A stretch of DNA of 64,000 bases from Methanobacteriota archaeon (GCA_963719035.1 CAVRAO010000013.1:1-64000); one strand, 5' to 3'; shown: positions 18,039-28,656, counted from the stretch's first letter. Made by a program: numbers and translations. The notes: generated by a model from the sequence alone, not told the origin.

Positions 18039-18767
18039 ATGACCTATGATGTTTGCATTCGCGACCTCGAAAAGGACTTTGGTGGGTTCAAAGCCATAAA
18101 CAAGTTGTCGCTTCGCGTAAAGCGCGGTGAAATCTATGGACTGTTAGGTCCAAACGGAGCCGGGAAGACGACGGTTATCAAGATACTCTGCGGGGTATTG
18201 CGCCCGTCGTCGGGAGAAGCATATGTGCTTGACCTGAAGGTTCCAGACCCGAGCGTTTCATCACGCGTTGGTTATATGCCACAGGAGCTGGCGCTTTATC
18301 GGGGATTGACCGTGCACGAAAACTTGGCGTTTTATGGCGACGTGTTTGGACTCAGCAAAGCGCAAATTGACGTGCGCGAACGGACCCTCCTCAAGCTCAT
18401 CGATCTTGAGGACTCTAGAAACAGGCTTATAGATCAATTGAGCGGCGGAATGCAGCACCGTATCTCACTCGCTTGTGCGTTGCTACACGAACCACAGCTC
18501 CTTTTTCTTGATGAGCCGACGGTTGGCGTAGATCCCGATCTTAGATCTTCATTCTGGCGCTATTTTGAGGGACTGCGCGATAGTGGGATCACTATGCTGG
18601 TCACTACCCACTATATGGACGAGGCGCGTCATTGCGACCGCATTGGCTTCATGCGCGAAGGGCGTCTCATTGCCGAAGGTTCTCCGCAGGAGCTCCTCGA
18701 GTTGACGCATACTGATTCGCTCGAGGACGCATTTTTGGCGTACTCACAAACAGGGGGGCCACAATGA
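18039..18767 (+). CDS. ABC-2 type exporter ATP-binding subunit
   Basis: GPNGAGKT, LSGGM, LDEPTVGVD, TTHYMDEA. Confidence 0.93.
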   Translation: MTYDVCIRDLEKDFGGFKAINKLSLRVKRGEIYGLLGPNGAGKTTVIKILCGVLRPSSGEAYVLDLKVPDPSVSSRVGYMPQELALYRGLTVHENLAFYGDVFGLSKAQIDVRERTLLKLIDLEDSRNRLIDQLSGGMQHRISLACALLHEPQLLFLDEPTVGVDPDLRSSFWRYFEGLRDSGITMLVTTHYMDEARHCDRIGFMREGRLIAEGSPQELLELTHTDSLEDAFLAYSQTGGPQ

Positions 18768-19894
18768 AGGCGTCACGCGCATTTGCGGTAACGAAGCGCG
18801 TCTTACGAGACCTCAAGAACGATCGGCGGCAGCTCGTGCTCATTTTTATTGCTCCCCTGCTTGTTATAAGCATCTTTGGCGTTGCATTTACCGGCGACGT
18901 AAAGGATGTCCGCGTAGTTGTGGTTAACGGTGACGTGGCGGTGGGAAACAGTTTGCTATCAGACAAGATCATTTCTAATTTTGATATGCGCGTGCTCAAC
19001 GTCGCTTATTCAAATAGCGAGAGCGATGCAATCTCTCAGGTGCAAAACGGGACTGCATCTGCCGCGATAATCTTCCCCGCATACTTCACCCAATCGGTAG
19101 CGGCACGAGCCGCAGGTCAAACGTCTGTCGCACAGGAAAATGTCACCATTAAGCTTCTTGCGGACAAGAGCAACCCTAACGTCTCAAACCCCATCATTGC
19201 AGCAGTCAACACAGCAGTCGCAGAAACGATCAAGGGTCTCGGTCGGCAGGCCCCCATCTCCGTAGACTCAAGCAACGCCATTTACGGCGCTAATGCACAG
19301 TTTATCGACTTCTTTGCGCCGGGCATCATTTCGATTGCTGTTTGGCAGCTTACAACGCTACTTACGCTCATTTCGTTTGTAGGTGAACGAACGTCTGGAA
19401 CGCTCTATCGACTGCTTGCATCTCCACTGAAGGAGAGCGAGTTGGTCGCAGGGTACGCTATCGCGTTCGGCGTCATCGGAACCACGCAGTCAGCTGTGTT
19501 ACTAACGGCCGCCGTAATTCTATTTAACGTTACAATTGTTGGCGACGTACTGCTCGCGTTCGGCGTTATCGCCCTGCTTGCTGTCGTTTCAGAAGGGCTC
19601 GGCATACTACTCTCAAGCCTTGCCCGTCGAGAGGTGCAGGCTATTCAGTTTTTGCCGATTGTCGTATTGCCCGCATTTCTCCTTTCTGGCGTTTTTTGGC
19701 CAATACAAGCAATTCCAGCGTGGTTGCGACCCGTGTCGTACATCCTTCCGACAACATACGCTGTAGATGCAGTGCGTTCTGTGATTATGCGTGGGTGGGG
19801 TCTCGACAAGATCTATCCCGACGTTGTTGCGCTCCTCATCTTTGCCTCTGTCTTTCTCGCGTTGGCGACGCTATTGTTAAGAAGGAGAGAGTGA
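18764..19894 (+). CDS. ABC-2 type exporter permease
   Basis: ERTSGTLYRLLASP, LSGVFWPI, six TM helices; ATGA overlap with the ATPase. Confidence 0.92.
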   Translation: MKASRAFAVTKRVLRDLKNDRRQLVLIFIAPLLVISIFGVAFTGDVKDVRVVVVNGDVAVGNSLLSDKIISNFDMRVLNVAYSNSESDAISQVQNGTASAAIIFPAYFTQSVAARAAGQTSVAQENVTIKLLADKSNPNVSNPIIAAVNTAVAETIKGLGRQAPISVDSSNAIYGANAQFIDFFAPGIISIAVWQLTTLLTLISFVGERTSGTLYRLLASPLKESELVAGYAIAFGVIGTTQSAVLLTAAVILFNVTIVGDVLLAFGVIALLAVVSEGLGILLSSLARREVQAIQFLPIVVLPAFLLSGVFWPIQAIPAWLRPVSYILPTTYAVDAVRSVIMRGWGLDKIYPDVVALLIFASVFLALATLLLRRRE

Positions 19895-19899
19895 CAGTC

Positions 19900-20705
19900 A
19901 ATTCTCCTCTTGAGCGAATTGCGTCGACTTCGAGCAAGCCCGCGCACGTGTATCCGTCCGCTTCGATCTGCGGGTGACAACTCGATGCAGCGCTGTACGA
20001 CCCCGTTAAGCAGGGCGTCGCGCTTCTGAACAGGAATCCGGCCGGTGTATCGATGCCACGTCGATCGTGCGTATCCCTTGAGCGCATCGGCATTCTGATG
20101 CGTCACCTCTTCGGTGACGAACTCGCAGCGCCGCAGCAAAAGCGGCGTCTCTGAGGAGCTGTTTGCACTCGTCGGCACTGTAAGCCCTGCGCTGCTCGAA
20201 TCCCTCAAAATACGTTCTCCACGCCGGGCGGTCCATGACCTCTTTTCGCGCTCGGTGCAGCGGCGACCTGATCTCTGCCGTGGCGTGTCGTTTTGCCACG
20301 AGCTGGGCAGCAAATCGGCCACAGGCGCGAGGCTTTGCTTGATGCCGCGCAGCGCAGTCGGCAGGTCTTTGACCCAGTGGAGAGACGCAAAGGCGACGAC
20401 GATGTCAAATTCATGGCGGAACGTGAGCTTCGCTGCGTCTCCATAACGAAATGACAGGTTCGGATGCGCCGACTCGGGGAACATCGTGCGCGCGAACGCG
20501 ATCATGTCGGGGGAGGCATCAATACCGAGCACAGAGCCGCGCGGCACGCGTGCCGCAAGCGCGGCTGTCACCTTCCCATCGCCACAGCCGACGTCCAAAA
20601 TGCGCTCGTCACCGTTGAGCCGAAGCCTTTCGAGTAGTCCCAGCGCGAACGCGTATTGCGGGTATGAGTGCTGTGATAATCGACTGGGTTCCATTTCTCC
20701 GTCAT
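19900..20705 (-). CDS. Class I SAM methyltransferase (trans-aconitate methyltransferase-like), several frameshifts; 3' end approximate
   Basis: MTEKWNPVDY (ATG 20705) shifting into QHSYPQ...ILDVGCGDG...GIDASPDMI...FASLHWV. Confidence 0.7.
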
Positions 20706-20956
20706 CTGATCCGCTCTTCATGCTCTCTATCTTCGATCTTCTTGCCTAGCGCTCTTTTACCTTCTTCCTTTGCTTTAATCTCTGTGCTTTGTTCGTCAGT
20801 GTCTTTATTGCGGTCTGCTATGTCCTTTTTAAGTACATACTCAGCAGCAACTTCGAACCACAAGTCTTTCGCGTCGGTGAAAACCTTCGGAATGTCTCCA
20901 GGCAAAGAAGAGGAATTATTTATAATAAGTAGGTCAAAAGTCGTTTGTGGGCCCAA
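20702..20956 (-). CDS. Hypothetical charged protein or gene remnant
   Basis: 84-aa ORF whose stop overlaps the methyltransferase ATG (ATGA); weak start. Confidence 0.3.
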   Translation of the reverse strand: MGPQTTFDLLIINNSSSLPGDIPKVFTDAKDLWFEVAAEYVLKKDIADRNKDTDEQSTEIKAKEEGKRALGKKIEDREHEERIR

Positions 20957-22368
20957 AACGCGCTGCTACAGCCGTAGTTTTAGTTTTAGTGCTCGTCGCT
21001 GTGAGCGCGAGCGCATGTTTAACCTCAACAAATAACTCGACAAGCTCAGGGGGCATCGTTCTAGCCGCAGAGCCAACCGGCGGAACCTGGAAGCCGTTCG
21101 TTTTGAATTCAAGCGATGCGATACGTTCAATTCCGCCACCATCTCAAGGCTCTGTACAATTCAACCAAGATGTTAATGAACTCAAGGCACTCCAGCTTAA
21201 CCGGACGGCTAAGGTCAACGAAAGCATTAACTACTGGAATAACGGCTCAGTCGTGCGATGGAACGAGATTGCACGCAGCCTCGTCGTCAAAAACAGCACA
21301 TCAGCACCCATGGCCTCGCGCGTTTATGCGCTGTTGAGCGTGGCGCAGTACGACGCGCTTGTCTTAGCGTGGAACAACAAGTATATGTACAACCGATCGA
21401 GCCCACACGACATTGATCCAAGCATACAGCCTGCCGTGCAGACAACCAGCGATCCTGCATACCCGTCTGATCACGCCGCTGTCGCGGGAGCATCCGCGGC
21501 AGTGCTCTCGTATCTCTATCCTAATGAAACCGCGTGGCTCGCCAAACAAGCAGCTGCAGACGAGGAGTCAAGGGTTCAAGCTGGGGTGAACTTCCGCAGC
21601 GATATTACCGCTGGGGATTTTCTAGGCCGCACTGTCGCGCAAGACGTCATCAATCGTGCTAAAAACGATGGCTCGAACGCCAAATGGAACGGCACTGTGC
21701 CGACAGGACCGGGCAAGTGGTTCAGTTCAGCATCGCCGCCGCAGCCCCCTCTCTTGCCAAATTGGGGTAACGTCACACCATGGCTGTTTAATTCGTCTAA
21801 CTTGACAATGCCGGCTTCGCCATCTGCGTTTGGCTCTGCACAATTCAATGCATCCCTGCAAGAAGTCAAGCAAATCGCAAATAATCGAACGGCGGAACAG
21901 CAACAGATTGCCCAGTATTGGAACAACGACCCACCAGGGCTTTGGAACCAGATTGCGTGCGATTTGATTCAAAGCTACCACCTCAACGAATTGCGTTCAG
22001 CTCGGGCGCTTGCACTTATGAACGCAGCGACGATGGACGCAGGAATCTGCTGCTGGAAAGCCAAATACGATTACTGGTATCTGCGGCCCTTTCAGGCTGA
22101 TCCGACAATCAAAACGGCGTTTCCAACTCCGAATTTCCCGTCTTACACCTCAGGCCACTCGGATTTCTCAGCTGCGGCGGGCGGGGTTTTGAGCTACATT
22201 TTCCCGAAGGAGAACAGCGAGTTACAGGCAAAGGTCCAGCAAGCATCTATGTCCAGACTTTACGCAGGAATCCATTACCGGTTTGATTGCGATCAAGGAG
22301 TAAAAGTCGGTAGCGCGGTAGCTCAGCACGCGATTCAACGCGGCGAACAGGATGGTTCACCGCAATAA
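20947..22368 (+). CDS. Vanadium haloperoxidase/PAP2-family lipoprotein with two PAP2-like halves
   Basis: Lipobox-like SASAC; C-terminal half KYDYWYLRP, PSYTSGH, SRLYAGIHYRFD; degenerate copy of these motifs in the N-terminal half. Confidence 0.85.
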   Translation: MGPKRAATAVVLVLVLVAVSASACLTSTNNSTSSGGIVLAAEPTGGTWKPFVLNSSDAIRSIPPPSQGSVQFNQDVNELKALQLNRTAKVNESINYWNNGSVVRWNEIARSLVVKNSTSAPMASRVYALLSVAQYDALVLAWNNKYMYNRSSPHDIDPSIQPAVQTTSDPAYPSDHAAVAGASAAVLSYLYPNETAWLAKQAAADEESRVQAGVNFRSDITAGDFLGRTVAQDVINRAKNDGSNAKWNGTVPTGPGKWFSSASPPQPPLLPNWGNVTPWLFNSSNLTMPASPSAFGSAQFNASLQEVKQIANNRTAEQQQIAQYWNNDPPGLWNQIACDLIQSYHLNELRSARALALMNAATMDAGICCWKAKYDYWYLRPFQADPTIKTAFPTPNFPSYTSGHSDFSAAAGGVLSYIFPKENSELQAKVQQASMSRLYAGIHYRFDCDQGVKVGSAVAQHAIQRGEQDGSPQ

Positions 22369-22482
22369 GGTTATAAAAGCATTCCCAGTGGTAACTGACC
22401 GGCACGCTTGCTCGGTGCTGAGAGAGTTGGCAAGCGTGCGCTTGAAGTACATTTAACATGTTCTATAGCGTCCTGTGGCCCC

Positions 22483-22827
22483 TCACACAGAACGGCTTTT
22501 GCCACGCCTCTTTGCCAAGCTTTCAAAGTAATCCTCAAGATAAAACGCGCGCAGATAGTCTGGTAATGAATTCACTTGTGCATTCATTTGCACGATTTGT
22601 AGTGTCGTCAGCGGCTTTACGATCTTCGAAAGTTCGGCACGAATTGCATCACGTGTTTCTTTGTTCAAATCGGAACGCTCGATATTCAAGTCTGCAGTAA
22701 GCCAAAAAACAAAACGGCTGAGCGTATCTTCAACGTATTCAGCGAACACTTTGCTCAGCACACGTACGGGATGGTGCGTGAGTTCATTTGCGTCATCGAG
22801 AGGGTATACAAGAGTTGCCACAAGCAA
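22483..22827 (-). CDS. Hypothetical protein or fragment
   Basis: 114-aa ORF with protein-like composition and no convincing start. Confidence 0.35.
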   Translation of the reverse strand: MLVATLVYPLDDANELTHHPVRVLSKVFAEYVEDTLSRFVFWLTADLNIERSDLNKETRDAIRAELSKIVKPLTTLQIVQMNAQVNSLPDYLRAFYLEDYFESLAKRRGKSRSV

Positions 22828-22925
22828 ACTGTGGCCGAAAACTGTGGGAATTCTGGTCCATTTGATAGAGTAGTTAGGTCGAATTCGCGCTTCAGGCTCG
22901 TTTTCAGTACAGTTCGTTCAATTCA

Positions 22926-23199
22926 TCAGCGGTCATATTTCTTTCTCAGCTGTCTGGCAAATTCAATTCCCTCCGCAGTGAGCATCACAGAAAATATTTT
23001 ACCACCAAGAATGGGCTCCGCTTTCACATACCCGTGCAAGTCGAAATCCATGGCATATTTATATACTTCTCGTTCGCTAAAACCCACCCTCTTTGCAAGT
23101 GCGTAAAGCTCTCCACGTTTAACAAGTTTATTAGGCTCTTCTTTAATCTCATTTAAAAGTGCGAGGATGAATTTATTCTCTCGTTCCGAAACGTCCATG
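22926..23199 (-). CDS. Small winged-helix-like protein
   Basis: ELYALAKRVGFSEREVYKY...GYVK...VMLTAEGIEF wHTH pattern; start probably MDVSER; coordinates approximate. Confidence 0.55.
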
Positions 23200-23396
23200 A
23201 TGTAACACCCAATCAAAGTGTTTCTGAGATAAGATCTTAGTTTCGTTTCTATTGGTTTCGCTTTTTTAGATTGCATTTGCAATGACAGTCGAGCCTCGTT
23301 TGGTCTAATACAGGTGCCAAACTTCTGCTACGATCGCCACGAGTCCGGTTTTCGGAGAACAAGTGTTATTATGCTGTAATCTCAGAATGGTCAACT

Positions 23397-24917
23397 ATGT
23401 CTATGGCGAACAGCGCAAGATTCTTAGCGAGCAGACGACCCACGTCGCTAGAATCAGAACCGCTGTATTCTGCCCTTAATACAGTCAACGTCTTTTTGGG
23501 CAACGCCTTAATTCGGAAGGTTATCCGCAGTCTGTGCGTCGGTGACAAGCAGGCAGTCTATGAAGCCCTAAGCTTTTATAGCGGCCAGAACGACCTAAAT
23601 CCTTTGCAAAAGATCAAGCTGCTGCCTATCTGTGCGTTCGTTGAGCTGGGAAGAATTTCATTTCATGTCGACAAGTCTAAGATGCAAGATTTCTTCAGTC
23701 AGCAAGTAACGCGACGAGGCCTGTCGAATATTGTTAAGAGCGTAGCAGATTACGGCATAAGCAAGCCGCTCAAACTGCAGGCGCCTTTTTTAGTCGTTTG
23801 GAACTATACGAATGCGTGTAATCTGCGCTGTAAGCACTGTTACCAACGCGCGGGTAAGATGTCAAGTGATGAGCTCGGCCTCGAAGAACGCCTCAATATC
23901 GTTGATCAGCTTGTTGATAATGACGTAGTATCTATTGCGTTCTCTGGGGGAGAGGCACTACTGCGGGACGACTTCTGGGAAGTCGCTCGTCACGCTGCGC
24001 GCGAAGGGTTGTATCTTTCGCTAGCAACCAACGGCACGCTACTTACCAAAGACGTAGTTCGACGACTTATGGACGTTGGAATTCAGTACTTTGAGATAAG
24101 TCTTGACTCAGTCGACCTGTTAAAACACGATGCATTTCGTGGCGTCAGCGGGGCGTGGGAACGCACCGTATCAGGAATCCAAAATGTCGTTGCACAAGAG
24201 GGCGCATATTCGTGCATCGCTAACACGATTACAAGTGAGAACTATCACGAACTGGACGATCTCGTGGCATTAAGCAAGAAGTTGGGTGTCGATAGGACTA
24301 TAATCTTCAATTTTATTCCTGTTGGGAGGGGCGCAGACATAATTGATATCGACTTACCCCCCGATGTGCGGGAGGACGTTTTGCAGCAGATGTACAAGCA
24401 CTTGAGCGGTCAAGATGAGAAGTATGAGATTTTTACAACGGCCCCCCAATTCTCACGCGTCTGTATGATGAACTCACAAACGGGGGTGATATCACTCGCA
24501 CACGTTGGCGCCGCCGAGTTCAGCGACAAAGTGGGCTTGTTGGCTGAGTATATCGGTGGATGTGGTGCCGGTAGAATGTATAGCGCCATTCAACCCAACG
24601 GAATAGTTACGCCGTGCGTCTTTCTGCCGATACCAGTTGGCGATTTGCGGTCGGAGTCATTCATCGACATATGGAAGAATGCAGAAGTGATGCAGTCGCT
24701 CAGGGAACGTCACGATCTCAAGGGGCATTGCGGCTCGTGCGATTATAAGACAGTTTGTGGTGGCTGTCGTGCCCGCGCATATGCGTATTTTAACGACATC
24801 AAAGCTCCCGACATTGGTTGCATAAATAACCTGCAAGCGTACAATGAGCTTAAGAACAAATTGGGCGCGCATAGCGCCGGTGTCGAGGCAGCGAAGTCCT
24901 TTGAAGCTGTCTTATGA
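23397..24917 (+). CDS. Radical SAM/SPASM domain protein
   Basis: CNLRCKHC, FSGGEALL, SPASM CGAGR...PC...CGSC...CGGCRARA...C. Confidence 0.92.
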   Translation: MSMANSARFLASRRPTSLESEPLYSALNTVNVFLGNALIRKVIRSLCVGDKQAVYEALSFYSGQNDLNPLQKIKLLPICAFVELGRISFHVDKSKMQDFFSQQVTRRGLSNIVKSVADYGISKPLKLQAPFLVVWNYTNACNLRCKHCYQRAGKMSSDELGLEERLNIVDQLVDNDVVSIAFSGGEALLRDDFWEVARHAAREGLYLSLATNGTLLTKDVVRRLMDVGIQYFEISLDSVDLLKHDAFRGVSGAWERTVSGIQNVVAQEGAYSCIANTITSENYHELDDLVALSKKLGVDRTIIFNFIPVGRGADIIDIDLPPDVREDVLQQMYKHLSGQDEKYEIFTTAPQFSRVCMMNSQTGVISLAHVGAAEFSDKVGLLAEYIGGCGAGRMYSAIQPNGIVTPCVFLPIPVGDLRSESFIDIWKNAEVMQSLRERHDLKGHCGSCDYKTVCGGCRARAYAYFNDIKAPDIGCINNLQAYNELKNKLGAHSAGVEAAKSFEAVL

Positions 24918-24942
24918 ACCGGTATTCAGAACGCGCGCGACG

Positions 24943-26373
24943 CTACTGTTCTTCCGCATGTGGATCAACCGACGTGCCCAGAATGGGCGTTGATTTCATC
25001 TTGAACGCCCCTTTAAACACTTTATACATAACCAAAGCGAAAAGTAACTTGTCCCTGCCAAGTTGTTTTAAGAAGTAATTGGGTCTTAAGTAGAACTCTT
25101 TGAATGCCTCTCTTTGGGTGTCTTGTAGTTCTTTTAGCGTGAGTTCAACGGTTTCTAGCACTGGCATGAGGAGTGTGAAGTGCGTCCAATCCTTGACTCT
25201 AACAAGACCCATCTTGTTCGCTAGCTCGTAGAACTTGGTGCCAGGGTAAGGGGTGGCTAATGAGAATAGCGCATAGTCTGGATTTACTCGCTTTGCAAAG
25301 CCGATTGTCTCATCGATAGTAGTTTTGTTCTCGCCTGGCATTCCAATGGTCATTGAAGCGATCGTGTGCATACCGATGTCTTTTGCAGTTTTAAAGGCGC
25401 GCTTTGCTTGTCCAAGTTTCGTTCCCTTCTGCACGTTATCCAATATCCCTTGATTTCCACTCTCTACACCAAAAAGAAGCGTACGGCAGCCTGCCTTCCA
25501 CATGTGGGAAAGTAGCTCTTTGCTGAAGCGATCAACTCTTGCCGTACATCCCCATCGGACATCAATGCCGCGACTGATTATTCCCTTGCAGAAGCTATAC
25601 ACCCACTTTGGGAAGAGCGTAAAGGTATCATCCATAAAGCCGACCATTTTTACTTTATACTTATCGACAACTTGTTCCATCTCATCAGCGGCGTTCTCGG
25701 GAGATCGGAATCGGACTTTTCGGCCATTCATTGCGCTTGAGGCACAGAACGAACAGCCCATAGGGCATCCTCTGCTGCAGATCATGGTTGCAAGTGCCTG
25801 TTTGCGCCCAAAGAGCATGTACTCGTTCATTGGGAGCAGATGTCGCGCTGGGAAAGGAAGCGCATCGAGATCTTCAATAGGTCGGCGTTTAGGAGTTTCT
25901 ATTAAGCGGCTCCCCTCACGGTAGTTGATCCCATCAATGTTGCGAAGGGGTTTGTCATTCTCGAGCGCGTCAGTAAGTTCAAGGTTGGCATACTCCCCTT
26001 CGTTCCTGACAATAACATCAATAAAGTCGTTTTCTCGCAGCAGTTGCTCTGCCATAAAAGTTGCGTGATACCCCCCCATCGACACACAGCACTCAGGCTT
26101 TAGTTCTTTTGTTATTCTGCCTACTGCGAGGGCTTGCTTAATCGTCGGTGTTGTTGTCTGCACTCCTAGCAGATCCACGTTCATTTTATCAAGCTTACGC
26201 TGATATTCTTGTAAATCCATATCGAGGGCGGGGGCATCTAAAATGGTGACATTGACGTCGTTTTGCTCCAAGACTGCGCCTATATACGCGAGGCCAAGCG
26301 GCGGTGCAGTGAGACCTAGCACATCCTTATATTTGGATGTGATGTCCGGTGGATTAACAAGTAGGACGTCCAT
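24943..26373 (-). CDS. Cobalamin-binding radical SAM protein
   Basis: PPLGLAYIG, GGYHAT, SRGCPMGCSFC, GVESGN, TPYPGT. Confidence 0.92.
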   Translation of the reverse strand: MDVLLVNPPDITSKYKDVLGLTAPPLGLAYIGAVLEQNDVNVTILDAPALDMDLQEYQRKLDKMNVDLLGVQTTTPTIKQALAVGRITKELKPECCVSMGGYHATFMAEQLLRENDFIDVIVRNEGEYANLELTDALENDKPLRNIDGINYREGSRLIETPKRRPIEDLDALPFPARHLLPMNEYMLFGRKQALATMICSRGCPMGCSFCASSAMNGRKVRFRSPENAADEMEQVVDKYKVKMVGFMDDTFTLFPKWVYSFCKGIISRGIDVRWGCTARVDRFSKELLSHMWKAGCRTLLFGVESGNQGILDNVQKGTKLGQAKRAFKTAKDIGMHTIASMTIGMPGENKTTIDETIGFAKRVNPDYALFSLATPYPGTKFYELANKMGLVRVKDWTHFTLLMPVLETVELTLKELQDTQREAFKEFYLRPNYFLKQLGRDKLLFALVMYKVFKGAFKMKSTPILGTSVDPHAEEQ

Positions 26374-26474
26374 TGTAGCCTCTCAGTAGGTAAGTGTGTG
26401 CAAGATATAAGGTTAACCGCGAAAAGAAGTGGGACCAGTCCCCGCTTCGTGTGGCGGGGCTGCAAATGTTACAA

Positions 26475-27077
26475 TCAAACCTCACTAGAAGCTTCTTTTT
26501 TGATCAGCTGTTGCTCTAGTAACCTAGCGTGCTCGGGTTTTCCGCTGTCCGTGAGGGTGCTTAACTCTCGCAAGGAGAGCGCTTTGAAATAGCAGGCGTC
26601 AATGCAGGCCATATTTTGATAACCTTTGCACCTGTCGCACTTAAGAGCCCTTTTTGTCATTTTGGGCTTTCGCTTGCGTCCTCTCTTGGCGGTCTTCGCT
26701 CTTTTGCCAAACAGCATAAATAGCACGCCAGGCTCGTGCGGTTCGGGCGTTGGCGTTTCCCGTGTTTCATCGATGAAGATTGCATTGAACGGGCAGCTCT
26801 TAGCGCATTTTCCACAGCCGATACATTTTTCTTCGTCGACGTATATGACACCATTTTGCTGGACGAGCGCATTCGGCTTGCACACTTCAATACACGTCGG
26901 GTTCTCACACTGCTTACACACGATAGGGAGCGCTTCGTCGTCAAATATGAGCCCCCGTGACTGTAACACGTCCTTGACTTTCAAGCGCGCTTTTCCGCCG
27001 TGTCGTTCGGCGCACGCCATTTCGCAGACGCCACAATTTACACATCTATTTAGATTGACGGTCATTACCACAGCCAT
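26475..27077 (-). CDS. 4x[4Fe-4S] ferredoxin-like electron-transfer subunit (HycB/CooF/DmsB-like)
   Basis: CVNCGVCEMAC, CKQCENPTCIEVC, CIGCGKCAKSCP, KCDRC...CIDAC. Confidence 0.88.
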   Translation of the reverse strand: MAVVMTVNLNRCVNCGVCEMACAERHGGKARLKVKDVLQSRGLIFDDEALPIVCKQCENPTCIEVCKPNALVQQNGVIYVDEEKCIGCGKCAKSCPFNAIFIDETRETPTPEPHEPGVLFMLFGKRAKTAKRGRKRKPKMTKRALKCDRCKGYQNMACIDACYFKALSLRELSTLTDSGKPEHARLLEQQLIKKEASSEV

Positions 27078-27100
27078 AGGGTCTCCCAAAAACTCCGTTT

Positions 27101-28048
27101 TTAATAGCCGATTACAGCATATTCTCCTTCTTTTAATAAGTATTTGTAAGCGCTTATTGCAGCCTTGGCGCCCTCACCTGCCGCGACGATGATTTGTTTT
27201 TCAGGAACGATGGTAACGTCACCTGCTGCAAAAACACCGGGGAGGCTTGTCGAGCAATCGCAACTGACGATAATTTCGTCATTTTTGTTAAGCGAGACTA
27301 AGTCCTTCACAACGGCCGAATTCGGAATAAGGCCGATTTCGATGAAAATTCCCGCTACCGGAAGCGTGACTGATGAGCCGTCAGAAAGGTTCCGGAGCGT
27401 TGCTGAGTTCAGCGCGTCGTCTCCGGTCACTTCAACGAGTTCGTAACCGACAAGACGTTCGATATTTGGGGCATCGCGAATTTTCTTCAAATATATTTCG
27501 TCTGCCTTCAACGGGCTCCTATTGACGAGATAGACCTTACGTGCAATGTTCATTAACTCATATGTGGCGGTAATCGCCGAATTTCCGCCGCCTACAACCG
27601 CGACGTCCATGTCCATAAAGAGCGGAGCGTCGCACGTTGCACAATAGCTGACCCCGCGTCCGATCAACCTGTCAAGGCCCTTGGCATTAAGCGTTCTCGA
27701 TTTTTTTCCTGTTGCAATAATAACGGTCTTTCCGCGATACTCGTCGCCCTTTTCCGAGCGCGTTATGAACGCATCATTTATTTTTTCTACGCTTTTTACA
27801 TCTGAAAAGACTTTTTTAACGTTGTACTTTTCGACTTGTTTTTCAAAGCGATCCATTAGGTCTTGTCCTGAAATGAATTGATACCCCATGTAGTTCTCAA
27901 CGTCGAGGCTGTAGAGTGCTTGACCGCCGATATTCTGTGTAACAAGTAGCACATCTAACATCTTTCTAGCTGCGTAGACGGCCGCTGTCAGTCCTGCCGG
28001 CCCGCCACCAACGATGATAATATCGTGTAATGTAGGATCTGCGTCCAT
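27101..28048 (-). CDS. trxB: Thioredoxin reductase (TrxB/AhpF C-terminal-like)
   Basis: GGGPAG, GVSYCATCD, GGGNSA, GVFAAGD, QIIVAAGEGAKAA. Confidence 0.9.
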   Translation of the reverse strand: MDADPTLHDIIIVGGGPAGLTAAVYAARKMLDVLLVTQNIGGQALYSLDVENYMGYQFISGQDLMDRFEKQVEKYNVKKVFSDVKSVEKINDAFITRSEKGDEYRGKTVIIATGKKSRTLNAKGLDRLIGRGVSYCATCDAPLFMDMDVAVVGGGNSAITATYELMNIARKVYLVNRSPLKADEIYLKKIRDAPNIERLVGYELVEVTGDDALNSATLRNLSDGSSVTLPVAGIFIEIGLIPNSAVVKDLVSLNKNDEIIVSCDCSTSLPGVFAAGDVTIVPEKQIIVAAGEGAKAAISAYKYLLKEGEYAVIGY

Positions 28049-28164
28049 ATTATGTTCAGCACAATTAATTCACAAAGAAATTTTTTAAAACGTTGCTTAA
28101 TTTGGTTCTTGAGGAAAATAACAGCGATGATAGTGAAAAGCCATGCGTGTTTTTAACGTCCTTT

Positions 28165-28656
28165 TTACTCGTTTGTTGGTCTAATTTCATCAGCTGCGGG
28201 GGGCGTTGTTGTGGCGTCGTTAGAGGCAAGTGATGGTTCTTGACTCTCTGTAGCCACGCTGTTGAGCTCTTGAGTCTCTTTCTTTTTCGGCCGACGCTTA
28301 ATCTCGCGTGCGCTCATTGTATCGCGAGACAGTCTGTCTGTCACGGCCGTATCCCAAACGTTGCTCATAGTGATGGCGGAAACCGGACATATCATGGCGC
28401 ACTCACTGCAAAATACGCAATGTCCCACAAATATTCTTACAGTTTTCTCAGAAGCGCTCGTTCGAAGTGCAATAGCCCCGGCTGGGCAGACTTTTCCGCA
28501 GCGGCCGCACAAAATACATTTTTCCGGGTCAATAATAGGCACGCCACGATAGGATGCAGGTACCTCAACGTCAGCGGAGCTCTTGACAGTTGACGTTTTT
28601 CCCATTAACCCGACCAGGAACGATCGAACTAGGTCGCTAAGAAATCCTGACGGCAT
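28165..28656 (-). CDS. Group-4 hydrogenase 2x[4Fe-4S] subunit (NuoI/HycF/EchF-like)
   Basis: YRGVP, CILCGRCGKVCP, CVFCSECAMICP. Confidence 0.88.
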   Translation of the reverse strand: MPSGFLSDLVRSFLVGLMGKTSTVKSSADVEVPASYRGVPIIDPEKCILCGRCGKVCPAGAIALRTSASEKTVRIFVGHCVFCSECAMICPVSAITMSNVWDTAVTDRLSRDTMSAREIKRRPKKKETQELNSVATESQEPSLASNDATTTPPAADEIRPTNE

